35,714 nucleotides of DNA from Octopus bimaculoides. Lineage: Eukaryota. Position numbers and translations under genes: made by a program. Shown here piece after piece: positions 1 through 10,469 of the stretch. Numbering within the stretch: position 1 is the first letter of the stretch; the number at the start of each line of letters is the position of its first letter. The notes under the pieces were generated by a model, which was not told the DNA's origin, ran no database searches, and was given only the letters and a program-made list of their open reading frames with translations. The stretch lies in NCBI RefSeq assembly GCF_001194135.2, contig NC_068993.1, positions 28,605,969-28,641,682 of the forward strand. The letters are read 5' to 3'.

Positions 1-658
<658 letters not shown>

Positions 659-985
659 TATGATAAATATCTTATTATTGCGTTTGCAAAAGCTGGGGCT
701 GCTTTTGTTCCCATTGCAATGCCACATTTTTGTTGGTAGTGGGTGTCATCAAATAAAAAGTAATTGTTCTGGGAGATAAATTTTAAAACTTCAATAATAA
801 ATTCCTGGTTCATGCACTCTGGGAGTTCTTCAGGATAATTTTCCAGTGAGAATTTGATTGCTTCTATTCTATAGTTGTGTGGGATCTTGGCGTATAGATT
901 CACAACATCAAAGGGAACCATGACTGACTCTTCATTAATTGTTCTTGGTAGGTGGTATCTAAATCATCTCTAATGAAACTTTTGA
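659..985 (-). pseudogene. Penelope-like element RT fragment (Neptune-like)
   Basis: Translation gives FIRDDLD../LPRTINEESVMVPFDVVNLYAKIPHNY...ISQNNYFLFDDTHYQQKCGIAMGTKAAPAFAN, with one frameshift. These are PLE RT motifs. Confidence 0.85.
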
Positions 986-1007
986 TCCTTTCTAATGAAA
1001 CTATATA

Positions 1008-1383
1008 TAAGTAGCTTGCTTACAAACCACATGGTTCCGGGTTCAGTCCCACTGTGTGGCACCTTAGGCAAGTGTCTTCTACTATAGCTTTGGGCCGACC
1101 AAAGCCTTGTGAGTGGATTTGATAGATGGAAACTGAAAGAAGCCCGTCGTATATATGTATGTATGTGTGTGTGTATGTTAGTATGTCTGTGTTTGTTCCC
1201 CCAACATTGCTTGACAACCAATGCTGGTGTGTTTAGGTCCCCGTAACCTAGCAGTTCGGCAAAAGAGACCAATAGAATAAGTACTAGGCTTACAAAGAAT
1301 AAGTCCTGGGGTCGATTTGCTCGACTAAAGGCGGTGCTCCAGCATGACCACAGTCAACTGACTGAAACAAGTAAACGAGTAGA
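1008..1383 (+). mobile_element. tRNA-derived SINE, family A (5'-truncated)
   Basis: B-box-like GGTTCAGTCC, internal TA/TG microsatellite and 3' part AATAAGTAC...GGGGTCGATTTG...GCTCCAGCATG. Colinear with copies at 19594-20025 and 29930-30155. Confidence 0.85.
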
Positions 1384-2046
1384 GACCAAACATCAAATTT
1401 GAGTCAATGACTTTATATAACACCATGCTTCCATACATTTGATCATGGCCTTCAACATATAAAAGGAATACATATATAAAAGCAGAGAAGGTAAAATAGA
1501 TATATTAATGCACATGAAAATTCAAAATATATAGAATGGCCTATCAAGAAAAGGTATATACAATCGACTAAAAGTAAATAACCAAAATAAATTACTAAAG
1601 CGTGTCAAGTGACTAAAAAACTTTAAAAATATATCAATCGACTAAAAAAGTTTTTACTCCCCTCAATTAAAAATATGTCAAAATAGTTTGTTTCATAAAA
1701 ACCATGGTAAGTTGAAGTCCAAGGAGCATAAGAGAATTACACAAAATCAAGTCAAAACACATCTATGGTCATTTCAGGAGTTCACTGCCATGGTCCAATT
1801 ACAAATTAAAGTGCATCTCGGTAATGACCTCACCAGGATGAAGAGGAATCTCAACAATTAGTTGCCCACAAGAGTTACAAAACAGCTGCAGAACCTAATT
1901 TAAAGATAATAACCTATAGCAGGACCAGTCCAAAATTTTCTGACACAAAAAGAAATTAATTTTATTTTATGGCTAAACATGCAGGTGGCTGCTAATCATA
2001 GGAATGTTTACTATCCGGTTTTGAAACTCAGTAAACAAACTAAATA

Positions 2047-3302
2047 CTATTTATCAAATTTAGCTTTACTTCTATATACTTTCAGAAAAGTAGAAAACTT
2101 ATGGTTGCAGAAAGGGATCACATCTGTAAATTTATTTAATGTCTTAGGCCCAAATGACCTAAGGATGACAAGAGATTCCCTTATTATACGACTTGTTAAT
2201 ATTAACTCTAAAATAACAGACCATTCAAGAGAGTAACTTTTGTTATTCCTCTTTAAATCATGTATATAAGAGGCAAGTGTAGTGGAGTTACAATATTTTT
2301 CATTCGAAAACGAATTCATATGGGCCCTATACCTCGCCTTAAAATTGACAGTACTGCCTATGTAAAACCTATCCAAATTACCCTCCTCTTTAATAACGTA
2401 TTTATAAATAACATTTGTAGTCAGACAGAATTCATCAAGGGGACATAACGTAGGGCTTCTACAATTACAGGATTTACCAGAACCACCTATATCCCTATTA
2501 CTAATACTAAGATTACTTATCTGGCTTCCTGCATTCTTCCCCTCAGATATCTCATTAAAGGGGCTCGATAAGGTTGTTGAAAGTCAATGATTTGTAACAC
2601 CAATCTTAGGCTTATTATAGCTTACTGGCCCAATACCAGAGTTTCCAACAGATGAATACTTCCAGTGCACTTGCCCATTTAATTTGCTTCTATTAATAGA
2701 TGCAATAAGAGAGGTCAAATTTGGCATTACCAAGTAAGAAAATTTAATGGAGGATTTATTGCAGATGGTGTAGTATTTATGATTCTTTGGGAAATTCTCC
2801 TTCAGAATCTTAAAAAAACAACTTGGGAAAATTTCTTACTCTAAGAGAAAAAGTGGGGGCTAACCAAATGACTTCCCGTATCCTTGAATGTGAGCCCTTG
2901 GTTTGGCTTATCTCCTCACTGCCACTATTTCGCTTCCAATATCTATCCTTAACATCTTTATATACGTATCTAACTGATGGCTTACATTGGTTACAATCAA
3001 ATAATGCATTGCATTTCTCCCAACTTTTTGTGACATGGTCAAGTGGTAGACCAGCCAGCTTGTTCTTAAATCTTGTGTAGGTGTATATGAGATTTTAGTT
3101 TTGAAGCCACTTAACTTTAAAGTCTTGTTGTATACTGGTGCGGACAAGTTAGAGATTCTGATTGAGATAGTAGTAATGATGCTATCAATAGTAGATTTCG
3201 GATGATTAGAGGAGACATTGATATATGAGATGGATTTGTTTAGCTTACGAAATGGATATTATAAACTTGTATCCAAATTCAAAATAACATCAGAAAAATA
3301 TT
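2047..3302 (-). pseudogene. Penelope-like element, RT thumb + linker + GIY-YIG endonuclease (Naiad-like)
   Basis: Translation gives FSDVILNLDT..PFRK..YINVSSNHP..ISNLSAPVYNKTLKLSGF; FFKILKENFPKNHKYYTICNKSSIKFSYLVMPN; CNCRSPTLCPLDEFCLTTNVIY; FYIGSTVNFKARYRAHMNSF..STTLASYIHDLK. Stops and deletions present. The lineage label is from remembered motifs. Confidence 0.88.
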
Positions 3303-3332
3303 AGTATGAAACAAAAACAATAATTTCTATTA

Positions 3333-3765
3333 TGGCACAAAGCCTGAAATTTTGTGGGAGGGAGCAAATTTATATCATTGAGGCCAGTGCTCAGCTGGTA
3401 CATATTTTATTGACCCTGACAGAATGAAAGGCAGGGTCAACTTTAATGGAATTTGAACTCAGAAAATAAACTGGAAGAAATGCTTATTTCTTTACTGCCC
3501 ACAAGAGGGCTAAACATAGAGGGGACAAACAAACGGATTAAGTCGATTACATCGACTCCAGTGCGTAACTGGTACTTATTTAATCGACCCCGAAAGGATG
3601 AAAGGCAAAGTCGACCTCGGCGGAATTTGAACTCAGAACCGTAGCGGCAGACGAAATACCGCTAAGCATTTCGCCCGGCGTGCTAACGTTTCTGCCAGCT
3701 CGCCGCCTTCGAAGAAATGCTGCTAAGCATTTTATCTGATGTGGTAATGATCTTACCATCTCACT
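3333..3765 (-). mobile_element. Old SINE family B copy, split by a younger copy
   Basis: GGCACAAAGCCTGAAATTT...GAATTTGAACTCAGAA (3333-3463) resumes after 3721 as GCTAAGCATTTTATC...; CpG-depleted. Confidence 0.65.
3485..3710 (-). mobile_element. Young SINE family B copy with 11-bp TSD
   Basis: TSD GAAGAAATGCT at 3474-3484 and 3711-3721. B box GTTCTGAGTTCAAATTCC and core GCCTTTCATCCTTTCGGGGTCGAT on the minus strand; CpGs retained. Confidence 0.92.
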
Positions 3766-3769
3766 GGCT

Positions 3770-4262
3770 GTCCTAATGCAATACCAGGCAGTGGCTCTCA
3801 TGGCTTCTGATCCTAACTGATTGGCAGTGATAACGTGTACATATTTTGTCTTGGTGTAAAAGATGAGCTACAGCAAATATCCTGCTCAACACCACAGATT
3901 TGCTTGTCAGTTACTTGACCTTAACCATTTTTGAGCATGCTCCTTAGTGGCTGATGATATGTGCATCTCTGATCACGTGCAGGAATAGTGAGAGAGTATC
4001 ATAACCATGTGTTGAGAAAAATTCTTTGGAGTTTGAATAATTTAACCCTGGAAACATGGGTGTTTCTTCATCATCCTTAAACAACACTTATTGAGGAAAT
4101 TTTGAGTGGGATGGGCTATTTGACATCAAGGAAATTCTAACTGGGCCCCACCTTCAAGGTCATGCACTGTTTATCTTGATATGAGGTCACCATGTCACAG
4201 ACATATGGTTGTGATGCATGAGCCTGGTATACCCTTATCAAACATGTAGTCATGATGGGTAA
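3770..4262. repeat. Unclassified interspersed repeat
   Basis: Resembles, from memory only, a high-copy octopus repeat. No ORF or terminal structure identified. Confidence 0.4.
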
Positions 4263-4377
4263 AATCTGTCACTGAAAGGTTATATATACAATGAATTGAG
4301 GTAGTAGAGGCCTTATGCAACTAGAAAACTACTATAAAATAACCACAATAGGATTACAGTAATATCTAACTCAGAAC

Positions 4378-4655
4378 CTTGGAAAACTGGTAGAAATTGC
4401 TTTAAAACATGAGCAAAACAAAAACTGTTTACTGTCTTTGAGGAAGTTGAAAAATACAAGATAGAAATCATAGCACCTGACCACTATGATGAAAAAGAGA
4501 AAACAACAAAAGTTGTAAAACAACTGAAATCCAAACTCAAACTGGAACAACAAAGTGTCATGATAAAATGATGGCAAGAAAAGCCCTTACACAGCAAATA
4601 ATGGGTAAAGCTAAACAGAAAAGAAATAGACAAAGAAAAATTGGGTATATTGGGC
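4378..4655 (+). pseudogene. R4/Dong-clade non-LTR retrotransposon fragment (post-RT region)
   Basis: Translation KQLKSKLKLEQQSVMIK*WQEKPLHSK*WVKLNRKEIDKEK matches the R4-type W..KPLHG motif. Confidence 0.6.
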
Positions 4656-4707
4656 TTCATATATTTGTACCCCAGCATCACTTTGGTGGTGTGTGTTGCT
4701 CTCTCAC

Positions 4708-4709
<2 letters not shown>

Positions 4710-4750
<41 letters not shown>

Positions 4751-4790
4751 TAATAATGATAATAATTCTTTCTTTATTAGCCACAAGGGC
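4710..4790. repeat. (AAT)n microsatellite plus short SINE B 3'-end remnant
   Basis: AAT/GAT array at about 4710-4766 followed by TCTTTCTTTATTAGCCACAAGGGCC. Confidence 0.75.
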
Positions 4791-5029
4791 CATGAAGAAA
4801 TATTTAGTACAATATAGAGACAAAGGACTTTGGGAATCTACATAAATACCTCAATAGGAAGGAAACACCAACCAGGAACCCCACAGATTCATCAAGAGTA
4901 CCATGACAAGTATTCCTGTCTCCCCCATACTATTCAACCTCCAGAAGCCAGCTTAGAGTAGGCTCAGTTACTCAGGCTATCCTCATCATATTGACCTACC
5001 TTTCAACAAATTTTTTCCAGTGGGATTTT

Positions 5030-7490
5030 TGAAAGGAAATGTCTGTCTTCAGTTCTTTCAGTCTTGTCCATCACATAATCTGTTCCATCATAGCCACTAG
5101 GCAGGAAAATTACCTGCCCTTGCCACCCAAAGGAAAACAGCAAGACTCTTCACAATAGAATTGGCCAATAACCAGATCTGTCCTACATGTGATAGCTGTT
5201 TGAAATAACTCTGCAAGTCAGCAATGCTCAAGTACTGTACAAATGCATACAGGATGGTGTCATCACTCTGTGTACATCTTGGATGAGTGTGATTGATGGC
5301 ACTTCCATGCCTGTAGGGATTAACCTAAAACGGAAATTACTCACCAGTAGAGCTACCAGACTAAGGATTTCTGGAAATTATCCTTGGGACCCAGCCCAAA
5401 AGTCCTCTGGAAAAGACTAGCAAGTTGACTTTCATAGACACCCAGATTTTTGCTGAGGAAGTCACCATTCTCACCCACCAGTAACCCACTACAGAATGCC
5501 ATGGTGGAACATCCACTGACCGCATTGTGCAACTAGCAGAGGGCTGTGAGCACTTGTCTATACGCTAAGTGTCAAAAGCCCTCCTTTGGACTAAGCTTGA
5601 TCAAGGACTGTAGCTCAAAATGATTAGTTGTGAAAAAGCAAGTCAAACAAATGGTGACCACAACTGTGACAGCCAAAGAAAAGCAAGCTGGAGATTCAGC
5701 CTCATTGCATGTCTGTGCATCAGCAGTCATGGTATGCCTAGTCCTCCACACAGTGGATGCTGGCAACAAATGGATTATCTAACCAGCAGAAGAGACTCCT
5801 CCACAAAAAGCAGAAGAACAAGCATTCTGTTCTGGTCAGATATCTAGAGGGGTCAGGCATGATTAGCCGGTAGTATATGATGGATGCAATCTAAAAATTC
5901 ATCACCACCATCTGACCCTTCAGGGATAGTTTGCTCTCAGCCCATTTTTGAATACGACTAATCACCCAGCTTGTCACCTCTTCCCAGTTCTTGTCCAGCT
6001 GGAGGTCTGGACCAAACCGAACCTGGAGGGGTTTCACTAGCCCATCTCTCCAGTGCCCAATGATACTGTCTCTTCATGTGCTGAGCTGCAGCCTCAACAA
6101 CATCTTGTTAATTTTTGCTCTTGTCACCACCTTCTATTTCCTTAGGGTGTTGATGATCACTTCAAATTATTTGGTGACCAACACTATTACAATGATTTCA
6201 TCTACATATGTAAATATGCATCTTCCACATCCTAGTTTCCTCTTGAATGGCTCTCATTCCCTCATGCATTAGAACATGTACCCTAGCTCTGACAATGCAA
6301 CCTTCGTGCTTAGCATTAATGAATCAGTCAAGAGCCAATCTCACCGTCAGTCACAATACCTTTTCTGAGCGCTTCTTCTAACTTACTAACAAGCCCAATC
6401 TCTTCTCTAGAATTCTCTATCACTATTTCCTTACTAAGCCTTATTGATTTTAATATAATTGCCCTTTGCAGGTTCACTACCATCAGTTGGTGACAATTGC
6501 CCTCATCAACTCTTTCTTAACATTCTCTAATGTGGTATCTGTAAAGGCAGTGAGCTGGCAGAAACACTAGCACACCGGGCAAAATGCTTAGCAGTATTTC
6601 TTCTGTCTTTATGTTCTGAGTTCAAATTCCACTGAGGTCAACTTTGCCTTTCATCCTTTCGGGGTTGATAAATTAAGTACCAGTTGCATACTGGGGTTGA
6701 TCTAATTTACTGGTCCCCTCCCCCAAAATTTCAGGCCTTGTGCCTAGAGTAGAAAAGAATGTGGTATCTGTAAACTTGGTATGCCAGGAAAGATGCATTC
6801 ATTTTCCAGTAACCAGGTCCCTGTCTAAGTTGACTGTACAGATCATAAATTTGTGGTCTGTAAAGCTAACGTCTTTGAATTGCGGACAACCTATGTTTAC
6901 CCTGTGTACTAGCATACAAAATACTCTATCTATGATCTGGATGACTCGATTCTGTTTGTCCATGTCCACATAAGCACTTTTGGAAATCCAGTCAGTCAGT
7001 TGGAAATGACTGAGCAAGTGTTGTTAGGCTTTCGAATCTTCTATCCTATCAGCTAGCCCCTACACAATCTAAATGTGCATCCAAAATTACATTCTAACTG
7101 CCTATTAGTATTAAAAAGCAGGACATTCTTGGGAAAACTTCCAAACATCTGAAGAAATCAGGTTTCCCCATCCTATTTGGGACATATTCAGTGACTAGTC
7201 TAAAAGCACCACCTTTCCTACTGCTCACATCCAGGGCCACCAACTTACTGTCTGGGTTCAGGAAGATGGTCTGTATCTCAAGTCCCAAGCCTTTCTGGAT
7301 CAATAGCACCACCTCATTCCTGATCCTGAATCAAGTAAGAAGACTTTGAAATGGCCAAAAATGCCTGCCGAGATGTGTGTGTCTCAGAAATTCTGGTCTC
7401 TCTGAAAGCTATCACATCAAAACCTCATGATCTGAGGTCACTGACGAGGTGACCCTACTTCCAAGGTAATTCCAGGTCGTGTGCATCTCA
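5030..7490 (-). pseudogene. Tx1-like ORF2: APE endonuclease, partial RT, C-terminal Cys motif
   Basis: DLRS*GFDVIAFRETRI; FLNPDSKLVALDV..AFRLVTEYVP; IDRVFC..FTDHKF (APE); GCGRCIFTYVDEII..VVTRAKIN (RT YxDD region); SICCQHPLCGGLGIP; RHGSAINHTHPRCTQSDDTILYAFVQ. Many stops and frameshifts. Confidence 0.85.
6546..6757 (+). mobile_element. Full-length SINE family B with 17-bp TSD
   Basis: TSD AATGTGGTATCTGTAAA at 6529-6545 and 6758-6774. Head GGCAGTGAGCTGGCAGAA, B box GTTCTGAGTTCAAATTCC. Confidence 0.93.
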
Positions 7491-7559
7491 CTCACAGAAC
7501 TGCAATGCCGGTTGAAAGGTAAAGAGGAGAAAAAGAAATGAATTACTTATCCATTTGAT

Positions 7560-9130
7560 GGTCCTAGAGACTGAGTGATTCAATTTCCATTGAATTTTGA
7601 GTTTCCTATGAGAAGTGCTTTAAAAGCTTGCTGGTAGCTCTTACATTCATATTTCCCACATCATAGGTGAAATCCCTCCCTCAATATTTTATGTTTATGT
7701 CCAGCCTTATTATTTTCAAATTATGCAGCTTTTGAAAGTGTTGGCCCCGAAGACTCCTCTCTCTGTTTCTATGTTCTTCTCTGCAATTAAAGACATAAGT
7801 ACCTATTTTTTGTTGGTACTCCTTATTAGCACAAAGCTTGAGGGTTGGTGTATTTTGTTGGTGTTGTGTTTGTGAGACTGTCTGCTGGTGCTGATCCTGT
7901 ATGTGTTTTCCTTCTGTTGAGATTGCTGTTGGTAGTGGTGGTACTGATAGTGGTACTGGTGGTAGAGTTGGTTTTGTGATTTTGTCTGTGTTGGTGTGGC
8001 TGTGGTTTCAGTGATAATGTTGTGATTATGTGGTGTCTTTTTATTGTTTTTTCCCCTTTTTTTTTTACTACATTGTGCTTCCTCCTCACAAAATGTTATT
8101 TCCTTCTCAAAAGGATCTGATGCAGGTTGAGATAAAGAGGAAGTATTTTTCTGTGTGTATCAATGTGTGTGTTTGAAAGAGGATGAGATAAAGGGAGGGG
8201 AGGGTGTTGGACTAGAGATTTTTCTGAGTGGTGGCTTGTAATTTTGTTGTGTGTTGTTGTAGCCTGTTGCTGGTCTTGCTGCTGCTACTGTTGTTGATAT
8301 GGGTGCTGCTGATGTTCCCGTTCCATTTCTTGCTACCACCCGTTGTTACTGCTGTACACCGCTCCTGTTGGAATTGTGATGTTGACTATAGTGAGGTACT
8401 CTTTCTCCTGCTTTTTGTTGTGGACAGATTTGAAGTGGCCTTCTGCACCACATAAGTGACATCTTGGCCTTCAGCCTTGAACCACAACTCACAGATCCAC
8501 TACATTTGGCAGGTGGATTAGTTTGGGGATCTTTTTGACCTTTTCCAGTTTGATCTGGAGGAGGATCTCTACTATGGCCAAAATTCTCTCTCTGTTCACT
8601 TCACTTCAAGAGATCTTCACCACCCTCAATAGTGATATATACCACTAACCAACAAATGTCCAACCCAGGTAGAACTCTCTCTAACTTAATGCAACAGGTT
8701 CTTCTTCCTAAATAGTTTAGGTAGAGGATGAACTCTCTGTCATGTACGAAAGCTATGGAGTGCTTCAGTGCAAGAGCTTCACTCTCAAAGAGAAACTACA
8801 TTCCTGAACTATCTCACCCTCATCAAATGATCCATGTCTGCTCATATTTCTTTCAAGGTTTTTCTACACCTGAGAGAGTGTTGCTGCTTCTAAGCATTGG
8901 GTTTTAACTGACACACAAGGATACATGACTATCTTTCCAGTAGTTGCTGCCAAGATCCCAGCTGGGATGGAAACTTGCTGCTTCCTCCTGCTTAGCTTCA
9001 AAAGTTGTTTCACTTCTTCAAGGTGTGCTTCCTTATAGCATAAGAGGAGTGAAAAAACTGCATTGATTTTACTGTCATAACAGCAGAAGACTATCTAAAC
9101 ATGAGGTTGCCCCACCACTTCTGTCATTGG
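7560..9130 (-). pseudogene. Tx1-like ORF1 with CCHC zinc-knuckle remnant
   Basis: VVVQG*RPRCHLCGAEGHFKSV at about 8430-8500, upstream YLGRRTCCIKLERVLPGLDICWLV, and a low-complexity T/S-rich C-terminal part. Confidence 0.7.
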
Positions 9131-9134
9131 TTTT

Positions 9135-9325
9135 TGTTGTGGGGATAAAAGTAATAATGGTACATCTTCCCACATGACGAGTGGTATGTGCTAGTTGCTA
9201 TAAGGTGATGCCAGTCAGTATAAACAAAGAGTATGAAGTAGACAGTCATTGTCTTACTTGCCTTACTAACTATACTGCTATACTAGAGTGGGCGTTATAA
9301 CAATATGACATTAAGGATTACAACA
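9135..9325 (+). repeat. 5' LTR of the Mag-type element
   Basis: Direct repeat of 13580-13782, sharing GAGTGGTATGTGCTAGTTGCTATAA and CTTACTAACTATACTGCTATAC; ends ATTACAACA. Confidence 0.93.
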
Positions 9326-9339
9326 GTAGTGATGAGGAG
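9326..9339 (+). promoter_or_regulatory. Primer-binding site, decayed tRNA-Ser(GCT) type
   Basis: GTAGTGATGAGGAG directly after the LTR corresponds to (G)TGGCGACGAGGA with CpG-type changes; complementary to the 3' end ...CCTCGTCGCCA. Confidence 0.75.
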
Positions 9340-9417
9340 TTAACAAACTAACAAAGAATTAACAAACTCACAAAAGTTTTTTTGTGCAAATTTTACAGAA
9401 AAAGCAATCGTAAAATT

Positions 9418-10370
9418 ATGGAAAATTTGTTGGCCGGTTTGGTCGAGTTGCAAAAACAGTAAACAACAGCAGCAACTACAACTGCAAGAACAACAGCAGA
9501 AACAACAACAACAAAAAGAATAATAACAGCAGCAACTTCAACTGCAAGAACAACAACAGGTGCAACAACAACAACAATTATTATTACAGCAACAAATGCT
9601 GCAATTAATGAAAAGCATGTTGTCAGGAAATGCTGGAAAAATGTTCTCACCAGATCATGTTGTGAACTCAATAACAGAGTTTAAGTACAAACCAGATGAA
9701 AGAGTTACCTTCGAGGCTTACTATAGAAGATAGGAATAAATCTTCCATAGAGAGTGCAAAGATTGTGATTATTGATATGAAAATGTGTTTAATCTTAGGA
9801 AAACTGGCAGCAGGAAAACATTAGTGTTACAACAATTATGTACTCCTGAAAAAAACTTGTGACATAAACTTTAAAGATACAATAGATATATTGTGTAAAT
9901 TTTTTAGTGAGAAAAGCTCATTGTTCAATACATGCTGGAAATATCTGAATCTAGAAAAGAACAACGAGGAGGACTACATCACATATGCTGGGAGAGTTAA
10001 CAGGGAATGTGAAAAGTTCAAGCTGGACGAATTAACTCCAGATATGTTCTGGTGCCTGATATTTACTCAGGGACTAACTGCAGAGAAAGACACAAAAGTA
10101 AGAACATGAATTCTTGCTAAGCTGGAAGGTGAAAGAATAGTAAATTTAAGACATGACACAGAAAAAAATGAACATTAAGATTGATCCCAAGTGCAAAATA
10201 GGAAGAATAGAAATCAAGTATATACAAACAGTACAAGAATCATGAAGAAAAAACCGTTTTACATGTAGAGGTCTACACCTGAGGAAAAACTGTCCATTTA
10301 AGAATGTGGAATGCTTCCTTTGTGTAAAAACTGGACACATAAAAACACACTGTCAAATCAAGATGACAAA
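9418..10370 (+). pseudogene. gag: Gag with Gln-rich N-terminus and two zinc knuckles
   Basis: CAA/CAG-rich tract at 9460-9610; EFKYKPDERVTFEAYYRR; FTCRGLHLRKNCPFKNVECFLCVKTGHIKTHC. Confidence 0.85.
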
Positions 10371-10469
10371 ATGTTGGAACAAAGAAAAAAGAATAAACAA
10401 GATGCCATCAAAAGAAAATGGTTATATAACAAAGAGAAAATTTGTATATGTGAAAATTAAAAATATATG

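Larger units (their letters stand above)
4960..9134 (-). mobile_element. Decayed Tx1/L1-clade LINE (ORF1 + APE-RT ORF2)
   Basis: ORF1 and ORF2 motifs occur in the correct order on the minus strand (next two entries). Interrupted by a SINE at 6546-6757 and bounded by the Gypsy LTR at 9135. Confidence 0.85.

Noticed and set aside
968-1002. TCTAATGAAACT duplication as the TSD of the SINE at 1008
   Set aside because: Both copies lie on the same side of the SINE, so it is a local duplication only.
1700-1860. SECIS-like GTGA..AAA..GA on the minus strand downstream of the Naiad-like ORF
   Set aside because: Spacing too short and no proper helix; needs a real SECIS search.
1836-1895. Hammerhead-like GGATGAAG...CAAAACAGCTGCAG
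   Set aside because: Core altered at several catalytic positions and stem II not convincing; at best a remnant.
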